NCBI GenBank assembly: GCA_043813875.1
Contig: JBDRKP010000028.1
Location: 1-22,777 of the forward strand
Length of the DNA stretch: 22,777 bases
Reading direction: 5' to 3'
DNA from: an archaeon
Lineage (GTDB): Archaea > EX4484-52 > B79-G9
Within the stretch, counting starts at the first letter, position 1, and each line of letters opens with the position of its first letter. Shown piece by piece: positions 1-8,787 of the stretch. The position numbers were made by a program, and so were the translations under genes. The notes under the pieces are model-generated. The model had not been told where the DNA came from. It saw nothing but the letters and a program-made list of their open reading frames with translations, and made no database searches.

Positions 1-60
1 GTGCACTTTGCACCTCTTCTTTATTTTTGAATTTCAATCGAGAAATAGTTAATGCACGAT

Positions 61-135
61 TAGGCTCGCCTTTTGAAGTTGGTTCGCAATTCAATCTTCG
101 GCTTAAAAGCCGAAGGGTTTCTTGCTAGGCTCGCC
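61..135. repeat. Hairpin flanked by 10-bp direct repeats; possible terminator or IS200/IS605-like end remnant
   Basis: CTTCGGCTT-AA-AAGCCGAAG (96-115); TAGGCTCGCC at 61-70 and 126-135; lies just downstream of the permease stop. Confidence 0.5.
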
Positions 136-146
136 CTAAAGTGACA

Positions 147-1382
147 TTATCGCGCAAAATACACCAATATAAAATAGATCATGACCACGCACGAGGTTGC
201 GCCAAGAAACGCGATAACCGGGAACCTGCCGATATTTAGCGGCGTCCTGAACGGCCGCTCAAGTTTCGGCTTTTTGTATCTTAAGGTTATGAGGCTCATA
301 TTGACAAAGAAATACACAACAAAAGTGCCAAGATTCGTGATCATAGCCACTGTTTCTATATCGCCCATGAACAACGCCGCAATCGCAGCCACACCCGCAA
401 GAATTATGGCATTGTAAGGAGTGCCCCGCCTTCCCACTCTTGAAAGAAACACAGGAAGCGAATTATCGGCAGAAATACCATAAAGCACACGCGAACTGAC
501 AATCAGCATGATAAGGACCGTATTGCTTGTAGCGAACAATGCGATGACAGACATGAAAATTCCAGCGCCCGGAATCGCTTCAGATACGGCCTCAGTCAGC
601 GGCGCTCCCGATAAAGAAAGCCTCTCCCAGCCAAGAATCGATACAGCAGCCACAGCAACAAGCACATAAAGCACAGTCGATATGATAATCGAAAGGATGA
701 GCGCTTTCGGCACCACGACAGCAGGATTTTTCGCCTCCTCCGAGATATTGGCGACATTCTCAAAGCCGATAAACGCAAAGAATATTAGAGCAGTCGCAGT
801 GATTATGCCCGAAAACCCGGGCGTCGCAGTCTCAAAGAAATCAATATTAGAGCCGCTAAAAAAGAAGAATCCAATCACCACGACCAGCACAAGCCCCCCT
901 GCCTCGATAAGCGTAGCCACTACATTGAATCTTGAAGACTCCTTAATACCTATGTAATTCACAAGAGTAAGCACAAGAACAAGCGCACCCGCAATCAGCA
1001 GGTCAGAACCGCCGAAAAGATAAGAGAAATACCCTGCAAAACCGAGACTGACCGCAGCAGCGCCAATAGTCCCGGAAGCGACAAGAAAAAGCCCGACAAT
1101 AACAGACAGCCTCTTCATCCTGAACGCATTCAGGGTATAATTATACTCCGCCGCAGCCTTTGGATACATGCTCGAAAGCTCGGCATAGCTCAGCCCCGTA
1201 AACGCTGCGATTACCGCAGCAATAAAAAAAGAAATCCACAACGCATTCCCTGCAAGGCCCGCACCTTTGCCGATAAGCGCATAAATACCTGCGCCAAGGA
1301 TGATTCCGACACCATAAAGAGTCGTCTCAAACAGCCCAAGCTCTCGTTTCAGTTCGCCTTTCACTGCATTACCCGTCATCAT
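147..1382 (-). CDS. APC-superfamily amino acid permease
   Basis: 411 aa, many TM helices; LKRELGL start, GIILGAGIY (TM1), YAELSSMYP, FAFIGFE (TM6), EEAKNP, RPFRTP. Confidence 0.93.
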   Translation of the reverse strand: MMTGNAVKGELKRELGLFETTLYGVGIILGAGIYALIGKGAGLAGNALWISFFIAAVIAAFTGLSYAELSSMYPKAAAEYNYTLNAFRMKRLSVIVGLFLVASGTIGAAAVSLGFAGYFSYLFGGSDLLIAGALVLVLTLVNYIGIKESSRFNVVATLIEAGGLVLVVVIGFFFFSGSNIDFFETATPGFSGIITATALIFFAFIGFENVANISEEAKNPAVVVPKALILSIIISTVLYVLVAVAAVSILGWERLSLSGAPLTEAVSEAIPGAGIFMSVIALFATSNTVLIMLIVSSRVLYGISADNSLPVFLSRVGRRGTPYNAIILAGVAAIAALFMGDIETVAMITNLGTFVVYFFVNMSLITLRYKKPKLERPFRTPLNIGRFPVIAFLGATSCVVMIYFILVYFAR

Positions 1383-1399
1383 AGCACCGAAAACATAAT

Positions 1400-2203
1400 C
1401 TAGCGATAATCACACAGAAGCTTCTGCAGATAGACTTCACATAGGCCGGCATACTTCCCGAACTTATTCTTCGCAAAACTCCTGACCTCAAAATCATTCA
1501 TCAGCTCTGCCTTATAGTAATCAGCAAATATCTTCTTGATCAGCCTGTCCACATAAAAATATCCATAATCCCTCAGCTGGAAAAGCCTGAAAATATCCAT
1601 CGAATAAGGACCAAAACCGCGTATTTCGCTAAGCTTCAACAAGTCTGTCTTCTCCCTGAACAGGTAATACCTGCACATATCAAGTATGAATTTATCCCTA
1701 TACCCGGCACCGCATTCCGCTAAAAGGCCGGGATTGGCAAGTATCTGTCCCGGCTCCGGAAAATATACGCCCTCTCCATAAGCATCAACGATTTTTTTGG
1801 CCATCGACTTATAGAGCCTGAAACTCACATTCTGAGAGCAGATTATCATGACTGCAGCCTCGAAGTCAGTAAAAGCAGAAAGCAGGCGATTACCGTATAT
1901 AGCCTCAGTATGTTTCGAAAGGACATGATCATCCCGGACAATCGTATAGAAATCAGAGTAATTCTCACCCACCCCAAGGCAATATCTTATCCTCTCACGC
2001 AAAAACTCAAGAGACTGGTCATCCGGATTCCCTTCGATATTCAGCTCCAGAAAATCATCCTCCTGAAAGAACTCGACATCAAGAAGCTTCCCCTTATACA
2101 GAAAAGACCTGAGAGGTTTATCCTCAAAAAAAAAGAAAAAAGGCCTGTATTTCAGTATCTTGCATAGATCAAAATCATCAGCCACAGGAATCTTGATAAG
2201 CAC
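1400..2203 (-). CDS. HhH-GPD DNA glycosylase (AlkA/Ogg-like)
   Basis: IICSQNVS, CGAGYR, HhH motif LSEIRGFGPYS, conserved Asp in YVD, C-terminal FGKYAGL. Confidence 0.8.
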   Translation of the reverse strand: MLIKIPVADDFDLCKILKYRPFFFFFEDKPLRSFLYKGKLLDVEFFQEDDFLELNIEGNPDDQSLEFLRERIRYCLGVGENYSDFYTIVRDDHVLSKHTEAIYGNRLLSAFTDFEAAVMIICSQNVSFRLYKSMAKKIVDAYGEGVYFPEPGQILANPGLLAECGAGYRDKFILDMCRYYLFREKTDLLKLSEIRGFGPYSMDIFRLFQLRDYGYFYVDRLIKKIFADYYKAELMNDFEVRSFAKNKFGKYAGLCEVYLQKLLCDYR

Positions 2204-2207
2204 AACA

Positions 2208-2726
2208 TCACCCTATCTCTCTCATCATATCATCCACTTTCAGATGCAGGCTATCAAGAGACGAATCATTATCGATTATAATCGTAGCCATAGAAAAAAC
2301 AGAATCAAGCCCCTTCTTCAGGACATCATCAGAATCCCTGGAAACCACATCATCATTTCCCAAAAAGACCGCCCTGTCAACCCTCAAACTCTTTGAAGCC
2401 CTGACCTCGACAAGAAAAAAAGAATCCGTCAGTTTCTCAAAAAAGTCGACCTCTTCAGGGCTTCGAAAACCCACGACAGTGACCTTACCATAATCACTGC
2501 AGCGCTCATAAAGCATCCTTGCGACAACATCATTCCCCTTCTCACTCCGAAGCTCATTTCCAAGTTCAGCCATATTCTTCTTAGTGACCTCTTTCCCGGA
2601 TGATATAAGCTCATCCCGCAGGACATCGCTCAACACAAATTTCCTGTACCCGTATTTCCTCTCAATATAATCAGCAACAGTATCCTTCCCAGACCGCGCA
2701 AGACCGCAGATGCCAATGACATTCAT
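2208..2726 (-). CDS. P-loop nucleotide kinase (archaeal dephospho-CoA-kinase-like/UPF0200 type)
   Basis: IGICGLARSGKDT Walker A, LSDVLR, GFRSPEEV, IIIDND; start moved to ATG 2726, about 25 nt from a TTTATA box. Confidence 0.75.
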   Translation of the reverse strand: MNVIGICGLARSGKDTVADYIERKYGYRKFVLSDVLRDELISSGKEVTKKNMAELGNELRSEKGNDVVARMLYERCSDYGKVTVVGFRSPEEVDFFEKLTDSFFLVEVRASKSLRVDRAVFLGNDDVVSRDSDDVLKKGLDSVFSMATIIIDNDSSLDSLHLKVDDMMREIG

Positions 2727-2829
2727 AAGCACTATTTGCAGAGGAAGATATAAAAAACATACATAAAAAACCTCCGCCAAAAGTCATAAGTAACTAAGAA
2801 ATATATACTCCAATACCCAATAATATCAC

Positions 2830-3150
2830 ATGAAAAAACTCATCGCAATCCTCCTCATCACAACAATCATGTTATCGGGCTGCACACAGGAAGAGACACC
2901 TCCGATACCTCCGACAGATGGATTGCCTATAAAAGAGCCGCCTTCAACAGACGGTGAATTCTGCGGCACATCGACAGACGGCCCATGCTCAACTGACAGC
3001 GACTGCACAAAAGGCGGATGTTCCGGCCAGGTCTGCCAGAGCATAAAAGAGAAATCCGCAATCACAACCTGTGAGTACAGGGAATGTTACAATGCACGAA
3101 ATTACAATCTCGCATGCAGATGCACAGACAGCAAATGCCGATGGTCATAA
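2830..3150 (+). CDS. Lipoprotein with eight-cysteine-cluster-type domain
   Basis: Lipobox LSGC after a hydrophobic signal peptide; Pro-rich linker; FCG...CSTDSDCTKGGCSGQVC...TTCEYREC...CRC...CRW. Confidence 0.75.
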   Translation: MKKLIAILLITTIMLSGCTQEETPPIPPTDGLPIKEPPSTDGEFCGTSTDGPCSTDSDCTKGGCSGQVCQSIKEKSAITTCEYRECYNARNYNLACRCTDSKCRWS

Positions 3151-3152
3151 AA

Positions 3153-4916
3153 TCATGCGCAATAATATTCTCCTTTCCTCTTCTGCATGTCATCATGCTG
3201 CGATCCTAACTTATTCGCCCTCGGCCTCCCGGTTTCCTGTTCGCGCCGAAACGTGATGCCAAGCGACTTCAAAAATATGTTCATGCCCTTATGTAAAGTG
3301 ACCGGCGCCTTGGCATGACCCGAAACGCCTGACTCGCCAAGGAAAATGATCGCCCGGTCAGATATATAATTCAGAAGCATCATATCATGATCGATGACCA
3401 TGCACGTCTTCTTGTTCACCTCTATGAACCGCCTGATGATCTTCGCAAGCTTGACACGCTCCTCGACATCAAGATACGCCGACGGCTCATCGATAAGATA
3501 GAACTCGACATCCTTCGCAAGGCAGATGGCGACAGCGACCCTCTGCAGCTCACCGCCTGAAAGCTCGCCGACATAATTATCAAGCAGCACCTCAAGCTCA
3601 AACGGCTTGACGATCTCCATCTTGAACTTGCTCGTGCCATAATCATCGCAGCTCTTGGCAAGAAGTTCGGCAACAGTCCCGTCATAATCGCCCTTAAGAT
3701 ACTGCGGCTTGTATGCGATCTTGATCTTCTTGTCGATCTTGCCCTTGTTGGACTTGATCTCTCCTGCAAGCACTTTGGCGAAAGTCGTCTTGCCGAGCGC
3801 ATTCGCCCCGAAAACACCCACAATCTCGCCAGCATAAAGAGTGCCATCATCAACCTCAAGACCGAACCTGTCAAACCTGACCCCGATTGCCGGATAATCA
3901 AGCGCCCTGTCCTTTCCCTTGAAAATCTGCCCCTTCGCCATGAAAGAAAGCTCATCAGGCCTGAACCTCACATTGCTGTCCTTGATATAACCGGAAAGAT
4001 ACGTATTGACGCCCCTCCTCGAAGAATAGAGCGTTGAGATGACCCCGTAGACAGACGAGTGGCCGTAAACGATATGGATCATATCGGTAAGGAAATCAAG
4101 AGTCGCAAGATCATGCTCGACAATCATCACCGCCTTGTCGGCCAGCGCAAGCTCCCTTATGACCGAAGCCACAATAAGCCTGTGCCTGATATCAAGGAAC
4201 GATGACGGCTCATCAAAATAATACACATCACCCTCGCGCAAAATCGCTGCAAGTATGGCGACCCTCTGAAGCTCACCACCCGAAAGCTCAGTCAGCTTCC
4301 GGTCAAGAATATGCTCAATCTCAAGCTTCTTTGCCATCTCAGCCATCAACCCTCTCTCATCTTTGATTATGTCTGTGACCTTGCCTTTGTACATCTTTGG
4401 GATAAGATCAACCTGCTGCGGCTTATATATCGCCCTGACTTTCTTCTCCTTCAGGTCAGAAAGATAATTCTGAAGCTCAGTACCCCTGAAACGCAGTATT
4501 ATCTCATCCCAGTCAGGCGGATTGTCAAATTTCCCAAGATTCGGCATTATCTGCCCGGAAAGAATCTTCAGCGCAGTAGTCTTCCCTATACCGTTAGCGC
4601 CAAGAAGACCCGTGACCTTGCCCTTCAATGGGATTGGAAGATTATAGAGCCTGAAAGCGTTCTTGCCGTACTGGTGGACCGGCTCGTCAAGCTCATGCGC
4701 AAGATTGATGACCATGATAGCCTTCTTCGGGCACTTCTTGACACATATCCCGCACCCGATGCACAAATCCTCTGATATCTCGGCGAACTTGCCCCTGACG
4801 ATGACAGTCTCCTCATCCCCTGCCCGGACGCGCGGGCAGAAATTGTGGCACTCCTTGCAGCACTTGTCAGGCATGCACTTATTCCGGTCAATTATAGCGA
4901 TCCTGTTGGTACCCAT
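3153..4916 (-). CDS. rli: Ribosome recycling ATPase ABCE1/RLI
   Basis: N-terminal FeS motifs CMPDKCCKECHNFCP and CIGCGICVKKCP; two NBDs (GANGIGKT, GANALGKT, LSGGELQR twice, DEPS twice); TGRPRANK tail. Confidence 0.97.
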   Translation of the reverse strand: MGTNRIAIIDRNKCMPDKCCKECHNFCPRVRAGDEETVIVRGKFAEISEDLCIGCGICVKKCPKKAIMVINLAHELDEPVHQYGKNAFRLYNLPIPLKGKVTGLLGANGIGKTTALKILSGQIMPNLGKFDNPPDWDEIILRFRGTELQNYLSDLKEKKVRAIYKPQQVDLIPKMYKGKVTDIIKDERGLMAEMAKKLEIEHILDRKLTELSGGELQRVAILAAILREGDVYYFDEPSSFLDIRHRLIVASVIRELALADKAVMIVEHDLATLDFLTDMIHIVYGHSSVYGVISTLYSSRRGVNTYLSGYIKDSNVRFRPDELSFMAKGQIFKGKDRALDYPAIGVRFDRFGLEVDDGTLYAGEIVGVFGANALGKTTFAKVLAGEIKSNKGKIDKKIKIAYKPQYLKGDYDGTVAELLAKSCDDYGTSKFKMEIVKPFELEVLLDNYVGELSGGELQRVAVAICLAKDVEFYLIDEPSAYLDVEERVKLAKIIRRFIEVNKKTCMVIDHDMMLLNYISDRAIIFLGESGVSGHAKAPVTLHKGMNIFLKSLGITFRREQETGRPRANKLGSQHDDMQKRKGEYYCA

Positions 4917-5086
4917 ACAAATCACGACATTTCATTTATAAAATTAAATAGATTAAATCATTTATATTATTTGTATTTATTTGTATCAAATGTATTAAAA
5001 ACATCCCCAAAACTTTAAAAAAGATAGGCACGGATTTAAACTGCTGATTTAATCAGTAGATTTCATCAATCATCATCAAATATCCT

Positions 5087-5160
5087 GCCGAGGTGGCTCA
5101 GTTGGTTAGAGCGCGAGACTCATAATCTCGAAGTCGCGGGTTCAATTCCCGCCCTCGGCA
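5087..5160 (+). tRNA. tRNA-Met (CAT), probably elongator; no intron, CCA not encoded
   Basis: Cloverleaf: GCCGAGG/CCTCGGC acceptor, GCTC/GAGC D-stem, CGAGA-CTCATAA-TCTCG anticodon arm (CAT 5121-5123), GCGGG-TTCAATT-CCCGC T-arm; G1-C72 and no run of three G-C pairs argue against initiator. Confidence 0.95.
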
Positions 5161-5249
5161 CTCAATCTTTTTTTCCATACCCACAAAACAAACACACATA
5201 CTTTTCGGCACAGTATATGTTTGTGTTCTGCCATCAACTGAAGAGGTAG

Positions 5250-5402
5250 ATGGCAATTGAAAAAAGAAATGAACCGGTTAAACCAACATCAAAAGAGGCA
5301 TTATATGATCTGAGTCGGATGTTGGATAGTGAGTTTTTGATTAAACTTTGTTTTGCTGGAAAAATTCTTTATTCAGAAGGCATCTTTGGTCTCCTAGTAT
5401 AG
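5250..5402 (+). CDS. Possible 50-aa small ORF or gene remnant ([21 protein letters not shown]...)
   Basis: GAGGT just upstream of ATG; stop overlaps the phosphorylase 3' end; no recognisable domain. Confidence 0.25.
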   Translation: MAIEKRNEPVKPTSKEALYDLSRMLDSEFLIKLCFAGKILYSEGIFGLLV

Positions 5403-7118
5403 ATATGAATTCAAGACATATTGCTGGACCATGCGGTGGGTATTAAAGAATGAGGCATTAACTGCTATGGCATGGCGCATTACATTGATCCAATTCTCCC
5501 TGTTTGTATAATATGTGCGGATTATAGTGAATTCCAATTTATCATATAGTGAGATGGCATCTTCTTTGTCGTCGCTTTCTTTGTCTTGGAGGGAATCAAT
5601 AGCCCAGCCCGTAACGCCTTCAATGCACCCTTCAATCCACCACCCGTCTAAAATGCTTAAGGAAGGCACGCCATTATGCGCGGCTTTCATGCCTGATGTG
5701 CCGGATGCTTCTTTGGGTTTCTCTGGAGTATTGAGCCATAAATCTGCTCCGCTAATCATCATTTTAGCTAACTCCATATCGTAATCTTCAAGGTAGACTA
5801 TTTTGATCCGGTCTTTTAATTGTCTGGATGCTGTAATTATTTTTTTTATCAATTCTTTACCTGGCAAATCTTTCGGATGGGCTTTGCCGGAAAAGATGAA
5901 TTGCATCTTGCCTGCTTTTTTGGAAATCTCTGACAGCCTATCAATATCATAAAATATCAAATCCGCCCTCTTATAGGTGGCTGACCTGCGAGCAAATCCT
6001 ATTGTGAATGTCTCGTAATCCATCCCAACGCCTGTCTTTTTGTTAACATAATCAATGAGCTTGTTCTTTGCCTGCCCGTGAGCATTCCATATTTCATCTT
6101 TAGGGATACCCAAGGCATAACGCAAGCTAAAAGGATCGTTCTTCCATCCGGGTATATATTTATCATAGAGTCCTTTGAAACTGTCGCAAACCCAGGTCCG
6201 GGAATGCACGCCATTGGTTATAGACTCTATATGATATCCTGGAAACATTGACTGTGAAACCTCGCCATGCTTCTTAGCCACGCCATTTACATACTTGCTT
6301 AAGTGTAAAGCTAATAATGTCATATTAAGCTTATCTTGGCCTGCGAACATCTTCAGGACATCAGAAGGCAGGAAATCTCCCAATGCCCTTTTTACCAGAT
6401 CAAGAGGAAATTGATCATGGCCTGCAGGCACCGGAGTATGAGTGGTAAAAACACAGAGCTCTCTCACCTGCTCAATATCCCTTAATGGTTCTTTTTTTCT
6501 CTTTCGCTCATTCAGCAATTCCAAGGTCAAGAAAGCTGCATGGCCTTCATTCATGTGGTACTTTTTTATCCCGGTATAACCTAACTCTTTGAGCATACGC
6601 ACGCCTGCTATCCCTAAGATTATCTCCTGCAAGAGCCTGTACCATTGGTCTCCTCCGTAGAGGTAATCATTAAGACCGCGGTCATATTCGCCATTTTCCT
6701 TCAAATCTGTATCCAAAAATATGATCGGCACAATGTGCCCGGTTATGCCTACAACATCATACTGCCAAGCCTGAATAGATACGGTCCTGTTCTCTATCTG
6801 GACGGTGACTTTATTCGGAAGGGGTTTTAGAAATTGTTTCGGATCCCATTGGAGCGGAGATTCCTTCTGGTTTCCCTCTGAGTCCAAAGTCTGCTTGAAA
6901 TAACCTTTTTCATATAAAAGCGTAACCGCAACCATCGGCACTTTTAAATCTGCGCAGGATTTGATGGTGTCCCCTGCTAATATTCCTAATCCGCCGCTAT
7001 AAGTAGGCATGCGGGAATCAATACCTATTTCCATTGAAAAATAGGCTATCTTTCTTTCCTTTTTTCCTTCAAACTCTGACAACATTTTGTAAACCGGATC
7101 GTGCAATATCCTATCCAT
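5394..7118 (-). CDS. glgP: Alpha-glucan (glycogen/maltodextrin) phosphorylase, GT35, short type
   Basis: [56 protein letters not shown]-lysine motif [18 protein letters not shown]. Confidence 0.95.
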   Translation of the reverse strand: MDRILHDPVYKMLSEFEGKKERKIAYFSMEIGIDSRMPTYSGGLGILAGDTIKSCADLKVPMVAVTLLYEKGYFKQTLDSEGNQKESPLQWDPKQFLKPLPNKVTVQIENRTVSIQAWQYDVVGITGHIVPIIFLDTDLKENGEYDRGLNDYLYGGDQWYRLLQEIILGIAGVRMLKELGYTGIKKYHMNEGHAAFLTLELLNERKRKKEPLRDIEQVRELCVFTTHTPVPAGHDQFPLDLVKRALGDFLPSDVLKMFAGQDKLNMTLLALHLSKYVNGVAKKHGEVSQSMFPGYHIESITNGVHSRTWVCDSFKGLYDKYIPGWKNDPFSLRYALGIPKDEIWNAHGQAKNKLIDYVNKKTGVGMDYETFTIGFARRSATYKRADLIFYDIDRLSEISKKAGKMQFIFSGKAHPKDLPGKELIKKIITASRQLKDRIKIVYLEDYDMELAKMMISGADLWLNTPEKPKEASGTSGMKAAHNGVPSLSILDGWWIEGCIEGVTGWAIDSLQDKESDDKEDAISLYDKLEFTIIRTYYTNRENWINVMRHAIAVNASFFNTHRMVQQYVLNSYLY

Positions 7119-7305
7119 TTAGTTCACTCCATTTGCTGCTCTTTTGTTTTCATGTGATAAAGCAGCTTGTATGATTCTGGCATAATTTTAAACAAGATTA
7201 AAAGTCTTTTGCGTTCTTTGCAAGTGCTTTTCGATGATTTTTGTCCCTTCTTGTGACGGATTTCTCGAGGTATTCGGGACTTCGTCCTACTACGATTTCG
7301 TTCAT
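7119..7305 (-). pseudogene. Frameshifted short gene remnant upstream of glgP
   Basis: ATG 7305 with TATA-like box about 27 nt upstream gives a 38-aa ORF (MNEIVVGRSPEYLEK...); a second frame (...QEGTKIIEKHL...GVN) ends at TAA directly abutting the glgP ATG. Confidence 0.4.
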
Positions 7306-7351
7306 GAGGTATCTATGGGATTCGCAAGGTATATATGTTTGCGGGTCCATA

Positions 7352-7492
7352 CAAAATCTTACACTACAACGGATATTAAGATTTTGCCACCCTCGGTGAA
7401 ATCTATTGTGACAATTGTCACATTATCTGTGATACGTCCTATTTGGTGACTTTTAGCGAACTCTATATTTTGTGTCACAACATTGTCCAATA
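7352..7492. repeat. Cluster of inverted repeats in a divergent intergenic region
   Basis: CAAAATCTTA (7352-7361)/TAAGATTTTG (7377-7386); perfect 16-bp palindrome TGTGACAATTGTCACA (7407-7422). Confidence 0.7.
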
Positions 7493-7685
7493 AAGATGTG
7501 ATTGACGGACATCGCAATCTTACCGGCAAATCGCCACCAGCAAATATCACAAAATATGGCCGTTTGCGGACACTTGCCAGACCTTGTGTAATTTTCACCC
7601 AGAAAAACGACTTTATACGCAGAAAGCACTATTTACAACCGTAACTACCGCAAAGTATTTAACTATTGATGCGAATAAAAAGACT

Positions 7686-8009
7686 ATGAATGCACCGGAA
7701 AGGTATGATATTAAAACTGGAACGCATTTAAGGCTACAAGAAAAAGAGCGCCCAGAGAGATATTTTGATCTATTTTTCCCTTATCTTAAAGTTGAAGAAT
7801 TTGATGAAAAACGTTTGTTCAATTACTTAGAAATCCCTGAGCTCATCATTTTATCACATCATAAAAGTCAATATGCAACAATAGAATCTGATGTTGACAA
7901 GATTGAAGAATTCAACAACATCAAAATGGATAACATGAGGACTCTTGTCAATAGAATACGCAGGGATAAAGACTATTTATTGCTAGTCTGCAATGGTGTT
8001 TGTTCCTAA
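7686..8009 (+). CDS. Hypothetical protein (107 aa)
   Basis: Open frame with ATG 7686 about 25 nt downstream of TATTTAA; globular, charged composition; ends CNGVCS. Confidence 0.6.
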   Translation: MNAPERYDIKTGTHLRLQEKERPERYFDLFFPYLKVEEFDEKRLFNYLEIPELIILSHHKSQYATIESDVDKIEEFNNIKMDNMRTLVNRIRRDKDYLLLVCNGVCS

Positions 8010-8198
8010 GACTAATTATAGCTCATTCTCGCCATATCTTGCAGGATTGACAAGAACTTGCACCTAATTTAAAAGTTCAGACCATAACCAGTTATCAGGG
8101 CAGACGTTGTAGGTATGGAACGATACGTTATAAACCCGCTCTCGCCATTTTTTTATTATCTATAAAGCATATATTGAGAACAACAAACTACCCCAGCA

Positions 8199-8519
8199 TC
8201 ACTTTTTCTTCGTCTCTGCAATCTTCGCATCAGCGACTTTCGTTTCCACGAGCTTTGGCTCTGATCTCTTAGACTCCGCCATCCTCACATCAGGAGTTTT
8301 CTCATCCACAACCTTCGCTCCAGTCTTCGTCCCGATTATACTCTCGCATTTATCTTCAGTCCCAAGACAATCAACGACAGTTGGCGTCTTCTCCATATTG
8401 CGGCATACCCCTCTCGCGCTGTCATCATTGCCCTGATAGAATTTGCATCCGTCCTTGTTACTGGTATGATTGATGTAGTATTCACCGTCTTTATTATCCC
8501 TCTTTGAATATCCTTTCAT
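8199..8519 (-). CDS. Hypothetical protein with 4 Cys and a K/E-rich quasi-repeat tail
   Basis: GGAGG SD upstream; 106 aa; tail ...MAESKRSEPKLVETKVADAKIAETKKK. Confidence 0.65.
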   Translation of the reverse strand: MKGYSKRDNKDGEYYINHTSNKDGCKFYQGNDDSARGVCRNMEKTPTVVDCLGTEDKCESIIGTKTGAKVVDEKTPDVRMAESKRSEPKLVETKVADAKIAETKKK

Positions 8520-8551
8520 ATATATGCGCCTCCATCATTATCCGACATAAA

Positions 8552-8647
8552 GTAAAAGTCATAATCTTTTGGACTATCTGACTTTTACATATAGATTGAC
8601 ATCTATTGGTTTGTTGGTCCTATTTGTCCAATAGGTAACGATGTCAA
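8552..8647. repeat. Two adjacent stem-loops in a divergent intergenic region
   Basis: GTAAAAGTCA (8552-8561)/TGACTTTTAC (8579-8588); TTGACATC (8596-8603)/GATGTCAA (8640-8647) enclosing CTATTGG/CCAATAG. Confidence 0.65.
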
Positions 8648-8787
8648 CTATAAAACATCACAAACAACGAACCATATTCGCCGTATCAAGTAAGAACAGC
8701 TAGATTTATTAAGCAGACACATGCATGCTGCCGATAGGACATGAGACCACACCAAAACATTAAAAGACAAAAACACTTCTAATAAAT

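Noticed and set aside
3422..4941. Alternative-frame and antisense ORFs inside ABCE1
   Set aside because: Lie within or almost wholly overlap a confident core gene; no motifs
4965..4997. Short ATTTGTAT tandem in the ABCE1/tRNA spacer
   Set aside because: Two to three degenerate copies in very AT-rich promoter DNA; not distinguishable from slippage
5155..5212. TCGGCAC repeat of the tRNA 3' end as an att site
   Set aside because: Only 7 bp, about 50 nt away, and no integrase in the window
8027..8148. 9-bp direct repeat TCTCGCCAT
   Set aside because: No terminal inverted repeats between the copies; compatible with chance
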